In this document: one piece after another, positions 1-11,960 of the stretch | Numbering within the stretch: position 1 is the first letter of the stretch | Layout of the letters: every line of letters starts with the position of its first letter | From: Mobula hypostoma | Lineage: Eukaryota | DNA length: 64,000 nucleotides | Direction: 5' to 3' | Assembly (NCBI RefSeq): GCF_963921235.1 | Contig: NC_086097.1 | Location: forward strand, 36,396,001 to 36,460,000 | Notes under the pieces: model-generated | Told to the model about the DNA's origin: nothing | Database searches by the model: none | What the model saw: the letters and a program-made list of their open reading frames with translations, nothing else | Program-made: the position numbers and the translations under genes

Positions 1-176
1 TGCGAAGGCCAGGAGCTGGGAATGGTTTTATCTTCATTTCTATTGTGAGAAAAGTCATTAGGTAAATGTGAGCTTCCAAAACAAAACAGGTTAAATGTTG
101 GAAATCTGCAAGAGAACAGAAATGACTGTAAATATTCACTTGTTTGGGCAGCATCCATGAAAGTGGAAGCAGAGCT

Positions 177-309
177 GAGACCCAAGGGATTCTGCAGTGT
201 TGAAGATCTTGAACAATACACACAAAACCCTGGGGGATCTCAGCAGGTCAGGCAACATCTATCGAGGGAAATGAACAGTCGGTGTTTTGGGTGAGACCCT
301 TCATCAGGA
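177..309 (-). mobile_element. Penelope-like element terminal-repeat fragment with degenerate hammerhead motif
   Basis: Matches the PLE terminus seen at 51764-51900; minus strand reads cctgatgaagggtctcacccaaaacaccgact; flanked by 13-bp direct repeat tggaagcagagct (164-176, 310-322). Confidence 0.75.
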
Positions 310-328
310 TGGAAGCAGAGCTTTAGAT

Positions 329-409
329 CAGGGGTTCCAACTTTTTTTAATGCCATGGACCAACAGTCTTTGAGCAAGGAGTCCATGGGCACCAGACTGA
401 GAACCCTGG
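329..409. mobile_element. hAT (Charlie/MER5-like) MITE
   Basis: Termini caggggttcc...gaaccctg; flanking duplication ctttagat; related copy at about 16982-17045. Confidence 0.7.
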
Positions 410-496
410 CTTTAGATTAATGAGCTTTCAACTGGAAACTTGGAAAAGTTGGGGGAGAAAAGATAAGATACACAGAAAGAGGAAAGGCGTGGTAAC

Positions 497-653
497 AGCA
501 ACACTCACAACATGCTGGAGGAACTCAGCAAGTCGGGCAGCATCCGTGGAAACAATCAGTCAACGTTTTGGACTGGAACCCTTCGTCAGGACTGAAGAGG
601 GAAGGGGCAGAGGCCCTACAAAGAAGGTGGGGGGAGGGTGGGAAGGAGAAGGC
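497..653 (-). mobile_element. Penelope-like terminal-repeat fragment with degenerate hammerhead (558-593)
   Basis: gctggaggaactcagcaagtcgggcagcatcc... followed by the reverse complement of agtc-ctgacga-agggttccagtcc-aaaac-gtt-gact. Confidence 0.7.
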
Positions 654-951
654 ATGTTAGATCAATCTGGCTGTGCTCAATAGATATTCTCATTTTTTTG
701 ATAGAATAAACTACACATTATTAAAAAATATTTTAAATTCTTTCAGAAAATATGACAAGATGCTTTGTAAACATATCTTTTTTTCATTACCAGCGCTTAG
801 CGACATTTTGTTAAATTCAGTACATAAGAATTCAAACAAACTCATCTTGGTTTTCCACCTAATCATAGAATCAATCTGTGTAGATACCACCAGGGACCTT
901 CAATGCTACTTTTAATGTATTTTTGACTGATGTATATTTGTTGAATTCACC

Positions 952-2315
952 TTTATGAGAATGAAGAATATACTGACCAATACTAAGCTAGGCATGACAA
1001 CCCGCCTCAGAGTACTGAAATGTTACGTTTCTACGGTTGTGTTAGGTGGCTCAGAATGTTGGACAATATCTAGTAACATGAGGAAACGAATTGAAGCAGC
1101 AGAGATGTGGTTTTTGAGAAGGGTGCAAAGAATATCATGGATGAAACGAATATCTAATGAGGATGTCATGAAGAGAGCAAACACAACAAAAAGGCAACGT
1201 GACCTCATTGGACATGTGATTAGGAAAGAGGAGTTAGAATTGTTACGAGAATACACATAAAATTAAGATGTTTGCTGGCCTGGGCTAGCATCAGTGGCAT
1301 CAGCAGTTGGTCTGCCACCTGCCCTCAGGGGAAGGAGAGATAAGGAACAATGGAGCAGCGTCTGGAGATGTGTAATGAAGGGATGTGGGAGGGAGAGCTG
1401 TCTGGAGCGGCTCCCCCCCCTTTGAACCCTGAACTGTTTGAAGTGATGGACAGGCGATACCCCAGCAGGGGGATAAAAAGGGACAGGTTCGCTAAGACGG
1501 ACACACACGCCACCCGAGGTAACGAGACCCTGGAAGCGGTGCGCCTCTCACGAGTGGTGAGAAGTACCGGACAACGCACAGGGTGGAAAGGTACGATCAG
1601 CGGGAACCCGGTGTGTGTCCGCCCTTGCCTGGGTGCCGGGTTCACTGCAGAGGATCGACCGCATCTGGAGGAGGGGTCACAGTCGGTGACCTCAGGTGAC
1701 ATCCCCAAGGACCCGCCCAAAAGCTGTTTGTGAGCCATCTCGCTGGTCTGTGAGCCATCTTGCTGGTCTGTGAGTGAAGCCGTTCTGAATGATGAGTTGT
1801 TCCTATTCTATCTCTCTCTTCCCCCACGTTGTCCACCGCCATGGCAACGATTACTGCGAACTGAACTACTAAACTGGACTGAACTTTGAGTCATTTTGAA
1901 ATTGGTCATTTACCCCTAGACAACGATAGAGCTTGATTGATGCTGTTATCTTAATTCTGTGCACATGTGTGTTTATCATCACTGAACTGTTGCATTTATT
2001 ATCCTTTCGATTACTGTGTTGCTTGTTTCTTTAATAAAACTTTCTTAGTTCTAGTACTCCAGACTCCAACTGAGTGATCCATTTCTGCTGGTTTGGCAAC
2101 CCAGTTACGGGGTACGTAACAGAATGCACGGTAATTATGGGAAAGATTGAAGGGAAGAAAGCAAGAGGAAGACAAAGACAAATGATGATGGAGACAGCAG
2201 CCAGAGAACTGGAAATGAATACTAATGAATTGATCCACTTGACCCGAAACAGGAGTGTGTGGGCCATGGCAGTCAAAGCTCAAACTGGGCATGGCACCTG
2301 ATGATGATGATGATA
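952..2315 (+). pseudogene. RTE-clade LINE 3' fragment (RT C-terminal region) interrupted by a solo LTR
   Basis: SECWTI...IEAAEMWFLRR.QRISW..RISNEDV...GHVIRKEELE continues in frame after the LTR as CTVIMGKIEGKKARGRQR...; ends in a (tga)n tail at about 2299-2314. Confidence 0.85.
1241..2121 (+). mobile_element. Solo LTR (881 bp) of an LTR retrotransposon or ERV
   Basis: Termini TGTTACG...CGTAACA (7-bp inverted repeat); 4-bp TSD GAAT (1237-1240, 2122-2125); AATAAA at 2033-2038; removing it restores the RTE reading frame. Confidence 0.92.
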
Positions 2316-2934
2316 TTTGTTGAAAATAGATCTGTCTCAGAAGAATTATTATGATATCCTTGCAAACTGAATTACTGAACTTAATGTTTAAGGTGGAAAA
2401 TATAGGAAAGTGTTTCTTTCCTGTTTGTGAAACATTGCTGTGTACCAGCTGTGTTTTCTTTACTTTCCAATTCTCACCTCTTGCCATAAGACTAATATAT
2501 TACTTGTAACAATTTGAAAGGCACCATATTCTCTTCTGCATCTGTTCTATTTTTTCTGTGTTTTTCAGGGCAATAGCGATTCTATGATTGCCAAATGATC
2601 CACTGGTTAGTACAAAATTTGGCATAGTTTTGTTTTTCATCCAGACCATCCAAGAATTAATCATATTCCTTAATTTCTCAGTAGAATCCATATCAGTTGT
2701 AACCATTCCATTTACTGTTTAAATGTTATTATAGCCTTGGTTGCTAGTTTTCCTTCAAATGAATCTGTGGAAATAACTTGCATTTTCTTGACTTATTTTG
2801 TAACTTTTCCCTTGTAAAATGTATGCTTCTTTCTTCATAATATTGTGGTCTTCATTTCCTCAAACTTACACTACATTTTACTCCAGGTCAAATCAGGTCA
2901 TGCTTCCTTCCTTATTCAGCTAGTCATTCTTTTG

Positions 2935-3116
2935 AGAGCATTTTTGAAAATGAGCGAAGGCCATTTGATAAAATACCTCACAAAAAGTTATTAAGTTATT
3001 AAGAAGGGATTGTAGGGGGGAAATATATTAACATTTATAGACAATTAGTTAAAGAACAGAAAACTAAGAATGGGATCATTTTCAGGTTGGCAGGTTGATT
3101 CTAATGGAATGCCATA
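2935..3116 (+). mobile_element. Highly decayed CR1 RT fragment
   Basis: gaaggccatttgataaaatacctcac resembles the KAFDKVPH motif; ends in an SG.P-like motif. Confidence 0.5.
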
Positions 3117-4948
3117 AGATTTAACACCCGAGAAATGAGCTATTCATTTTACAGGCTCTGATGAAAGATCTTCATAACCCAAAAAAATTAACTATATTTC
3201 TTTCCATACTTGCAGTCTGACCTACTGAGTGTTGCCAGCATAGAGTCAGAATCATAGAGCACTACAGCACAGAAAACCCCTTCAGCCCATTCAGTCTGTG
3301 CTGCACTATTGACCTGCCTAGTTCCATTAACCTGTACCAGGACCACAGCTCTGTGCACCCTTCTCATCCATGTACCTATCCAAATTTTTCTTAAATGTTG
3401 AAATTGAACCCGCATTTATTACTTGCCCTGGCAGCTTGTTCCACACCCTTACCTTCCTCTGCGTGAAAAAATCCCCCTCATGTTCCCCTTAAACATTTCA
3501 CTTTTCACCCTTACCTTCCAATAAGATGGCGGCATGTTTGATTGCAATGGCTTCAATGGGGTCAGCTAAATGTATTTTTTATGAGCATAAGATCATGCTG
3601 AACATTAAGAACTTGAGGTACTGCAGGTCTACCCCGTCAGCGAGTTGCTCACTGGTGGAGATACTGAAGGAGCTGGACTTGGTACGGGTCGTGCCGCTGC
3701 CTGCCTCAGAGAGGCATTGGAGGAGTCAGTGCTTAAAGGTAGTGGACAGTCTAACAGCTTAGACTGATTGTCTTAGTTGCCGTGTTTTTGAGATTGCGAG
3801 ACCCTGTTGGACATTTTAAATGTGGAATCCTGCAAGCCCGATTGAATGCTTTATTGGCAGATGGTGGGGTAGCCGCGTGGCCTTGCCTGTAGCAAGGACT
3901 AGGCCTCAAGCCGTAGTGTGGCCTGTTTACAGTCACCCAGAAGAGAGGCGTTGGAGACAGCGTGGTATGTCATCCAGGCTGGAGTTGGTGCTGCCCTCAG
4001 TGTACGCTCGGCAGAAGACAAACTGTGTTATGTCTGATTGTGGATTGATGCAGCATTCATGGACTCAGGGTCTTGGACTATTTTTTCTGTGTGTGACTGT
4101 GTTTTACTGATATTTTATATGTGCTTGTTATCTTATATGTGCTCTATGTGCCTTTTGTTATCACTGAGGGTTCCTCGACAGCTGTGGCAGGGTTTGATTG
4201 TCATAACCTCCTACAGAGTTAAATCTTGTGACATGGGGGAAAGATGAGCTTCCAGATAAGCTCAATGCTTTCTATGCTTGCTTTGACCACCAGAGCAGGG
4301 AGGGAAAATCGTGCACCCCCTTGTCTCCCAATGATCCTCTGGTCACAGTATCTGAAGATAACGTGCGGGCTACTTTCAGGAGAGTGAATCCAAGGAAAGC
4401 GTCAATCTGGATGGAATTCTTGGCTGAGTACTGAAGACCTGCGCTGACAAACTGGCTGGTATTTTCACAGATATCTTCAACCTCTCACTTTGGTAGTGTG
4501 TGGTAGCCACCTACTTCAAGCAGCTTCAATCATACTGGTGCCCCCAGTCAGCATGGTAACCTGCCTCAAAGACTATCGCCCAGTGGCACTTACATCCTCA
4601 GTGATGAAGTGTTTTGTGAAACTGGTGTTGAATCATTTCAGTTCCTGTCTGAATGCCAACTTGTATCCACTCCAACTTGCCTACTGAAGCAACAGGGTCT
4701 ACAGCAGATGCCACCTTATTGGCTCTTCACACAACCCTGGAACCTCTCATTCAACGTCAATAAGACCAAAGAACTGATTGTAGACCAGGCGAGGGAAACT
4801 AAATGTTCATGAGCCAGTACTTATCGGAGGATCAGAGGTGGAGAGGGTCAGTGACTTTAAATTCCTGGGTGTCACTATCTCAGAGGACCTGGCCTGGAGC
4901 TATCATGTAAATATAATTTCAAAGAAAGCACAACAGTGCCTCTACTTC

Positions 4949-5387
4949 AAAGTTGCTGGTGAACGCAGCAGGCCAGGTAGCATCTCTAGGAAGAGGTACA
5001 GTCGATGTTTCAGGCCGAGACCCTTCGTCAGGACTAACTGAAAGAAGAGCTAGTAAGAGAGTTGAAAGTGGGAGGGGGAGGGGGAGATCCAAAATGATAG
5101 GAGAAGACAGGAGGGGGAGGGATGGAGCCAAGAGCTAGACAGTTGATTGGCGAAAGGGATATGAGAAGATCCATCCCCATCCCTCCCCCTCCTAACATTT
5201 TGGATCTCCTCCTCCCCCTCCCACTTTCAAATCTCTTACTAGCTCTTCTTTCAGTTAGTCCTGACGAAAGGTCTCGGCCCAAAACGTCGACTGTACCTTT
5301 TCCTAGAGATGCTGCCCGGCCTGCTGCGTTCACCAGCAACTTTGATGTGTGTTGCTTGAAATTCCAGCATCTGCAGAATTCCTCGTG
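4949..5387. mobile_element. Penelope-like fold-back insertion with two inverted terminal-repeat arms, each carrying a hammerhead motif
   Basis: Arms of about 170 bp (~4947-5120 vs ~5175-5345); 14-bp TSD agtgcctctacttc (4935-4948, 5388-5401). Confidence 0.9.
5000..5035 (-). ncRNA. Minimal hammerhead ribozyme motif (PLE-associated), AUC cleavage triplet
   Basis: Minus strand AGTC-CTGACGA-AGG-gtctcgg-CCT-GAAAC-ATC-GACT; stem I AGTC/GACT. Confidence 0.65.
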
Positions 5388-6789
5388 AGTGCCTCTACTT
5401 CCTCAGGAGTCTATGGAAATTTGGCATGTCATCAAAAGCCTTGGCAAACTCCTATAGATATGTGGTGGGAATTGTGCTGACAGGCTATATTCTGGCCGCG
5501 TATGGGAACACCAAAGCCTTTGAGCAGAAAAATCGAAAAAAGGTAGTGGATTCGGCCCAGTACATCATGGGTAAAACCCTCTGAACCAGTGAGCACATCT
5601 ATGTGAAACATTGCCTTAGAAAAGCAGCATCCATCATCAAAGATCCTCACCACTCAAGCCATGCTCTCTTCTTGCTGCTGCCATCATGTAGAAGGTACAA
5701 ATTCCTCAGAACTTGCACCACCAGGTTCAAGAGCAGTTACTACCTCTCAATGATCAGGCTCTTGAACAAAAGGGGATAACTACACTTGTAGTGTTCCCAC
5801 AGCTGATGGGGGTTCACTTTAAAGACTCTTTATCCTGTTATTTCATGTCTGCTATTTATTGCTTTTTTTTATATCTGCACTTGCACAGTTTGTTGTTCAT
5901 TGATCCTGTTCACAGTTATGGTTCTATAGATTTTCAAAGTATGTCCACAGAAAAAAAATCTCAGGGTTGTATGTGGTGACATGTATGTACTCTGATAATA
6001 AATTTTACTTTTTGAAATTTTTCCTGTGTGGTACAGTGGTTTGCACCTTGGCCCCAGGGTAATGTTGTTTCATTTGGCTGTATTCATGGGCACTCATGTA
6101 TGGGTGAATTACAAAGTTCAACTTGAACTTGAAATTAACACATGAACTCTAGTTTAGTTTCATCCACCTTCTCAATCTTTTACATTCTAGGGAGTAACAG
6201 ACTAACCTATTCAATCTTTCCCTGTAACTCAGGTCCTCAAGTTCCGGTAATGTCCTTGCAAATTTTCTTAGCACCCTTTCAATCTTACTTACATCTTTCC
6301 TGCAGGCAGGTAACCAGAAATGCACACAATACTCCAAATTAGGCCTCGCCAATGTCATATACAATTTCAACATAACATTCCAACTACTGTACTCAATACA
6401 TTGATTTATGAAGACCAATGTGCCAAAAGCTTTACTTACCTACCTACCTTACCTACCTGTGATGCCATTTTCGAGGAATTCCCAGATCCTTCTATTCTAC
6501 CGCACTCCTCAGTGCCCTACCACTCATCATGTAGGAGCTACCTGGTTGGTCCTCTCAAAGTACAACACCTCACACATCTGCATTAAATTCTATCTGATAT
6601 TTTTCAGCCCATTTTTTCAGATGTTCAAGACCCCACTGCAAGCTTTGATACTCTTCCTCTCTATGAACTACACCCCCAGTCTTGGTGTCATCTGCAAATC
6701 TGCTGATCCAGTTTACCACGTTGTCATCCAGGTTGTTGATATACAGTAGATGACTAACAACAACGGACCCAGCACAGATCTCTGCTATT

Positions 6790-8070
6790 GGGGAATGAGA
6801 CAGGGCTGGTGAGCGAAGTTTGTGTAGGGGAACACTGCATCTAGTATTCATAATGCCATTAGTTTCGAAGTAAATATGCAAGAAGATTGGTGTGGTCTAC
6901 AGGTTGAGATTCTAAATTTGAGAAAGGCCAACACTGATGGTATCAGAAAGGATCTGGCAAGTGTGGATTGGGACAGGCTGTTTCCTGGCAAAGGTGTACT
7001 TGGTTAAGTAGGAGGCCTTCAAAAGTGAAATTTTGGGAGTACAAAGCTTGTATGTGCCAGTCAGAATAAAAGGTAAAGATAACAGGTGTAGGGAACCTTG
7101 GTTTTCAAGATATATTGAGGTCTTGGTTATGAAAAACAGGAGGTGCTTTGCAGGTATAAAGTAAAGGCATCCGTTAGTCTTGCGAGACCATGGATCTGAG
7201 CCTGGAAAGTCTTCACTCTCCAGAGCACAGGCCTGGGCAAGGTTGTATGGAAGACCAGCAGTTGCCCATGCTGCAAGTCTCCCCTCTCCACGACACCAAT
7301 GTTGTCCAAGGGAAGGGCATTAGGACCCATACAGCTTGGCGCCGGTGTCATTGCAGAGCAATGTGTGACTAAGTACCTTCCTCAAGGACACAACACATTC
7401 CCTCGGCTGGGGCTCGAACTCACGACTTTCAGGTAGCTAGTCCAATGCCTTAACCACTTGGCCACATGCCCACACTTTTGCAGGTATAGGTAAGAACAAA
7501 TGAGGTGCTTATTGAGCATAAGAAATACAAGAGAACAAGAAAGAAATCAGGAGGGCTGAAAAGGCATGAGGTTGCTTTAGCATACAAGGTGAAGGAGAAT
7601 CCTAAGGGATTCTACAGATATGTTAAGAGCAAAGGAATTGAAAGGGGCAAAATTGGTCCTCTGGAATATCAGACTGGTAATCCATGCGTGGAGTCAAAAG
7701 AGGTGATGGAGTTCTCCAGGAGACAGACATGGAGTCAATAGAAGTGAGGCAAAACAGCATCAACTTCATGGACTCTGTACAGATTACAGAGGAGGAGGTG
7801 TTTGCTGTGTTGGGGCAAATTAGGGTGGATAAATCCCCAGGGCCTGACAAGGTGTTCCCTTGGACCCTGCAGGATGCAAGTGCAGAAGTTACCAGGGTCC
7901 TAACAGAATTATTTAAATTGTCCTTAGCAACAGGTGAAATTGAAGGATTTCAATGTTGTCCTGCTATTTGAGAAAGGCCCTAAAAATAAACAAGCAAATT
8001 ATAGGCCGGTGAGCCTGATATCAATAATGGGAATGTTATTAGAAGGTATTCTAAGGGACCAGGTATATGG
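6790..8070 (+). mobile_element. CR1 ORF2 fragment, decayed, with SINE insertion
   Basis: KENPKGFYRYVKSK, DKSPGPDKVFP, NYRPVSL motifs across frameshifts. Confidence 0.8.
7159..7476 (-). mobile_element. tRNA-derived SINE with CORE-like body and RTE-like tail
   Basis: Minus strand head gtggccaagtggttaaggc...gttcgagccc (Pol III A and B boxes), then gtgtccttgaggaaggtactt; 12-bp TSD tttgcaggtata (7147-7158, 7477-7488). Confidence 0.8.
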
Positions 8071-8084
8071 TATTTGTCCACAAG

Positions 8085-10165
8085 ACATTAAGACCAGAAG
8101 ATATAGGAGCGGAATTATACGTTTGGCCGATAGAATCTGCTTCACCATTTCATCATGGCTGATCCAATTTTCCTCTCAGCCCCAATCTCCTGCCTTCTCC
8201 CCGTATCCCTTCATGTCCTGACCAATCAAGAATCTTTCAACCTCTGCGTCAAATATACATAAAGACTTGGCCTTCACAGCTGCCTGTGGCAAAGAATTCC
8301 ACAGATTCACAACTCTCTGGCTGAAGAAATTTCTCCTCATCTTCGTTCCAAAAGGATGCCCCTCTGTTCTGAGACAGTGTCCTCTGGTCTTAGATTCTCC
8401 CACCATAGGAAACATCCCCTCCACATCCACTCTATCAAGGCCTTTCACCATTCGATTGATTTTTATCAGGCATCCTTCATTCTTCTGAATTCTAATGAAT
8501 ACAGGCCCAGAGCCATCAAACACTCGTCATATGACAAGCCATTCAATTCTGGAACCAGTTTCGCGAACCTCCTTTGAACCCTCTCCAGTTTCAGCACATC
8601 CTTTCTAAGATAAGAGGACAAAACTGCACACAATACTCCAAGTAAGGCCTTACCAGTGCTTAAGTTTCAACATCATATCCTTGCTATTATATTCTAGTCC
8701 TCTTGAAATGAATGCTAAAATTGCATTTATCTTCCTCGCCACAGACTCAACCAGCGAATTAACCTTCGGGGAATCCTTCACAAGGACTCCCAAGTCCCTT
8801 TGCATTTCAGTTTTTAGTATTTTCTCTCCATTTGAAAGTTAGTCAGCCCTTTCATTTCTTTTACCAAAGTGCATAACCATACACTTCCTGACACTGTATT
8901 CCATCTGCCATTTCTTTGCTCATTCTCCTAATCTGTCTAAGTCCTTCTGTAGCCTCTCTACTTCCTCAAAACTACTTGCCCCTCCACCTAGCTACATATC
9001 ATCTGCTAACTTTGCAACAAAGCCATCAATTCCATCATCAAAATCATTGATGTATTATGCAAAAAGTATCAATCCCAACAGAGACCATCGTGTTATCTGT
9101 GCTAGAATCTTTCCTGTAATACCATGGGCTCATAGCTTGTTAAGCAGCCTCACGTGTGGCACCTTGTCAAAGGCCTTCTGAAAATCAAAGTACATATATG
9201 AACCAATTCTCCTTTGTCTATCCAGCTTGTTACCTCTTCAAAGAATTCCAAGAGATTTGTTAGGCAAGCTTTTTTCTTGAGGAAACTATGTTGACTACGG
9301 TCTATTTTAGCATGTGCCTCCAGGTAGCCTGAGACCGCATCCTTAGAAATTGACTCCAACATCTTCCCAACCACTGTGATCAGACTAGCTGGCCTATAAT
9401 TTCCTTTCTTCTCCCTCTCTCCATTCTTGAAGACTAGAGTGACATTTGTAATTTTCCAGTTATGTGGAACTATTCCAGAGTCTAGGATCATTAACTAATG
9501 CCTCCTCAAACACTTCAGCCATTTCCTTCAGGACTCTGGGGCAGACACCATCTGGTCGAGGACTTTCAGGCCTTTCAGGTTCCTAAGAACTTTCTCTCTA
9601 GTTATGGTAACTTCACATACTTCATGGTCCCTCACACCTGCAACTTCCTTCATACTGCTAGCATCTTCCACAGTGAAGACTGAAGCAAAATACTTATTCA
9701 GCTTGTCCACCATTTCCTTGTTCCCTATTACTGCCTCTCCAGCATCATTTTCCCGCAGTCCAATATCCACGTTTGCTCTCTTTTACTCTTTATGTATCTA
9801 TAGAAACTTTTGGTATCATCTTTAATATTATTGGCTATCTTTACCTTCGTATTCCATCTTTGCCTTCTTAAAGACTTTTTTAGTCGCCTTCTGTTTGTTT
9901 TTAAAACCAACTCCTCTCTCATGCCTCTGTAATTCCCTTTACGCGACTGTAATACTCATACATCTGATTTCAGCTTCTCCTTCTCAAATTTCAGGATGAA
10001 TTTGATCATATTGTGATCACTTCCCCCTAAAGTTTCTTTTACCTTAAGCTCTCTAATCAATACTGGTTCAACGCACAGCACCCAATTCAGAATATCTGAT
10101 CCTCTAGTGGGCTCAGCCACGAGCTGCTCTAAAAAGCCATCTTGTAGGTTTTCCAGAAAATCCGC
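8085..10165 (-). mobile_element. CR1 ORF2 fragment, decayed
   Basis: Minus ORFs 9956-10216 (FLEQLVAEPTRG, GGSDHN), 9150-9491 (NYRPASL, CLTNLLEFFEEVT) and 8176-8523 (TRGH...FFSQRVVNLWNSLP). Confidence 0.85.
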
Positions 10166-10269
10166 CTTCTGCAGGGGTGCAGTGCTAGTTGGAATGCACC
10201 GGAGTGCGTCCGGCACATCTTTAAGAAAAAAGCTGAAATAAGCAAGCTAATTAATTAGGTGCTGCCCAG

Positions 10270-11181
10270 GGTGATTTGAGTATCTCAGAAACTGCTGATC
10301 TCCTGGGATTTTTACGCACAATAGACTCTAGAGTTTACAAAGAATGGTGGCAAAAACAAAAAAAAAACATCCAGTGAGTGGATTTAACAAGATGTTTTCG
10401 CTCACAGGACAGCCAGTCGCTGGATTTTTTTTGTTTTTTTTTGTTTTTGACTCTTCCATGAAGGTCATATTTGTGCAGGTGTCACTGCACAGTAGAACAG
10501 TGCACCACGACTCCAGAATCTGCTAAATCTTCCTGAACGTCGTTTGCAGTCAAATGGGGGTTTTGATTTGCCTTTCTAGCAATCCTACAAGCAGTTCTCT
10601 CGGAAAGTTTTTTTAGTCTCCAGACCTCAACTTGACCGCCACCGTTCCTGTTAACTGCCATTTCTTAATTACATTACGAACTGAGGACACGGCTACATGA
10701 AAACACTTTGCTATCTTCTTATAGCCTTCTCCTGCTTTGTGGGCATCATTTATTTTAATTTTCAGAGTGCTGGGCAGCTGCTTAGAGGAGACCATGGCTG
10801 CTGATTGTTGGGACAAGGTTTGAGGAGTCAGGGTATTTATAAAACTTTGAAATTTGCATCACCTGGCTTTTCCTAACTATGACTGTGAACAAGCCATCGC
10901 CTTAACAAGCTAATTAAAGTCTGAGACCTTCGTAAAAGTTATCTGAGAGCTCATATTTCTTGTGGTGCCCAAACTTTTGCATGGCGCTCCTTTCATTTTT
11001 TTTTCCCCACTCTAAAATAGTACAAAACAAAAATAACACACTAATCTTGCTTAAAATGTTGAAAAGACTGTTTCATCTTTTAACTTTATAACTCTTGGAG
11101 ATCAGTTCATCTTCTACTCACTAAACTATTCACAGTGACAGAAATTTTGACTAGGGGTGCCCAAACTTTTGCGTGCCACTG
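10270..11181 (-). mobile_element. Tc1/mariner transposon remnant (TIR and N-terminal HTH of transposase)
   Basis: TIR cagtggcacgcaaaagtttgggcacccc on minus strand, adjacent to TA at 11182-11183; ORF 10613-10816 GEGYKKIAKCFHVAVSSVRNVIKKW. Confidence 0.8.
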
Positions 11182-11183
11182 TA

Positions 11184-11960
11184 TCCTTTTCCATAATTAA
11201 CGTGAAACTAATGGCTTTATGATCACAAGATGCAAAGTTTCCAATTACACGAACTTCTAACACTTGCTCTGTCTCATTCCCTAACAGGAGATCAAGTATT
11301 TCACGTTTTCTGGTTGGGAGTTCTACTTCTCCGTTTGACAAACTCTTTCCCATCCAGCCCTTTTACAATATGGGAGTCCCAGTCAATATGTGGAAATCTA
11401 AAATCACCTATTATCCCAATCTTATGTTTTTTGCAACAGTCTGCGATCTCTCTTCAAATTTCTCTAAGTCCAATGGACTGTTGCGTGTTTTGTGACATTT
11501 TCTCTGACTAGTAATGCCATCCTGCCCCCTTTAATCCCTCCCTCTCTATCGTGTCTAAAATGACAACCCCAGAAGATTGAGTTACTGGTGCTGCCCCTCC
11601 TGCAACCAATGGCCACAATGTTATAATTCCTCATGCTGATCCATGCCGAGCTCATCTGCCTCGCTACAATGTCCTTGCACTGAAATATATGCAGCTCAGA
11701 ACATTAGTCGCATTTGATTCCTGGCTTTGTATGTAGGCTTGATAACATCTTTGTCCACAACCACTATTATCTGTTCTGGTGCTCTGGTTCCATCCCCCCT
11801 GCATCTCTAGTATAAACCCCACTGTGCAGCATGAGCAAACCTTCCCGCTAGGATATAAGCCCCCCACCTCCCCAATTCAGCTGAAAACCATCCTTTCTGT
11901 ACAGGTTCCACCTTCCCCGGAAGAGAGCCCAATAATACAAAAATCCAAAGCCCTCCCTCT
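11184..11960 (-). mobile_element. CR1 endonuclease/ORF1-junction fragment
   Basis: PTR...ILDLLLGNE...CDHKAISF and NYNIVAI motifs. Confidence 0.7.

Larger units (their letters stand above)
4160..6015 (+). mobile_element. Rex1/Babar-type LINE fragment (RT), internally deleted, interrupted by a PLE fold-back
   Basis: YRPVALTSSVMKCF..LV, PLQLAY, NVNKTKELIVD, FKFLGVTISEDLAW; 3' tail gataataaattttactt. Confidence 0.8.
3519..6134 (+). mobile_element. Non-autonomous retroposon (3519-~4160 and ~6016-6134), split by a Rex/Babar copy
   Basis: Starts aagatggcgg and ends with an (aacttg)n tail; a second copy lies on the minus strand at about 49352-49680. Confidence 0.55.
3241..6780 (-). mobile_element. 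CR1 3' portion (3241-3515 and 6135-6780) split by nested insertions
   Basis: Minus ORFs 6149-6418 (RPNLEYCVHFW) and 6570-6881 (YINNLDD...FADDTKTGG); 3' end at 3241-3515 is colinear with sequence resuming at about 6135. Confidence 0.8.

Noticed and set aside
1263..1842. Overlapping ORFs of 66-137 aa
   Set aside because: All lie inside the solo LTR and show no recognisable protein motif
5257..5292. Plus-strand hammerhead as an active ribozyme
   Set aside because: The essential GAAA is mutated to AAAA and stem II is weakened, so it is probably inactive
4919..5388. Repeated short ORFs (MLVNAAG..., MAPSLPLL...) recurring at 51756-52164
   Set aside because: By-products of the PLE terminal repeat in both orientations; no evidence of coding function
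7400..7476. tRNA-like sequence
   Set aside because: It is the head of a TSD-flanked SINE, not a standalone tRNA gene
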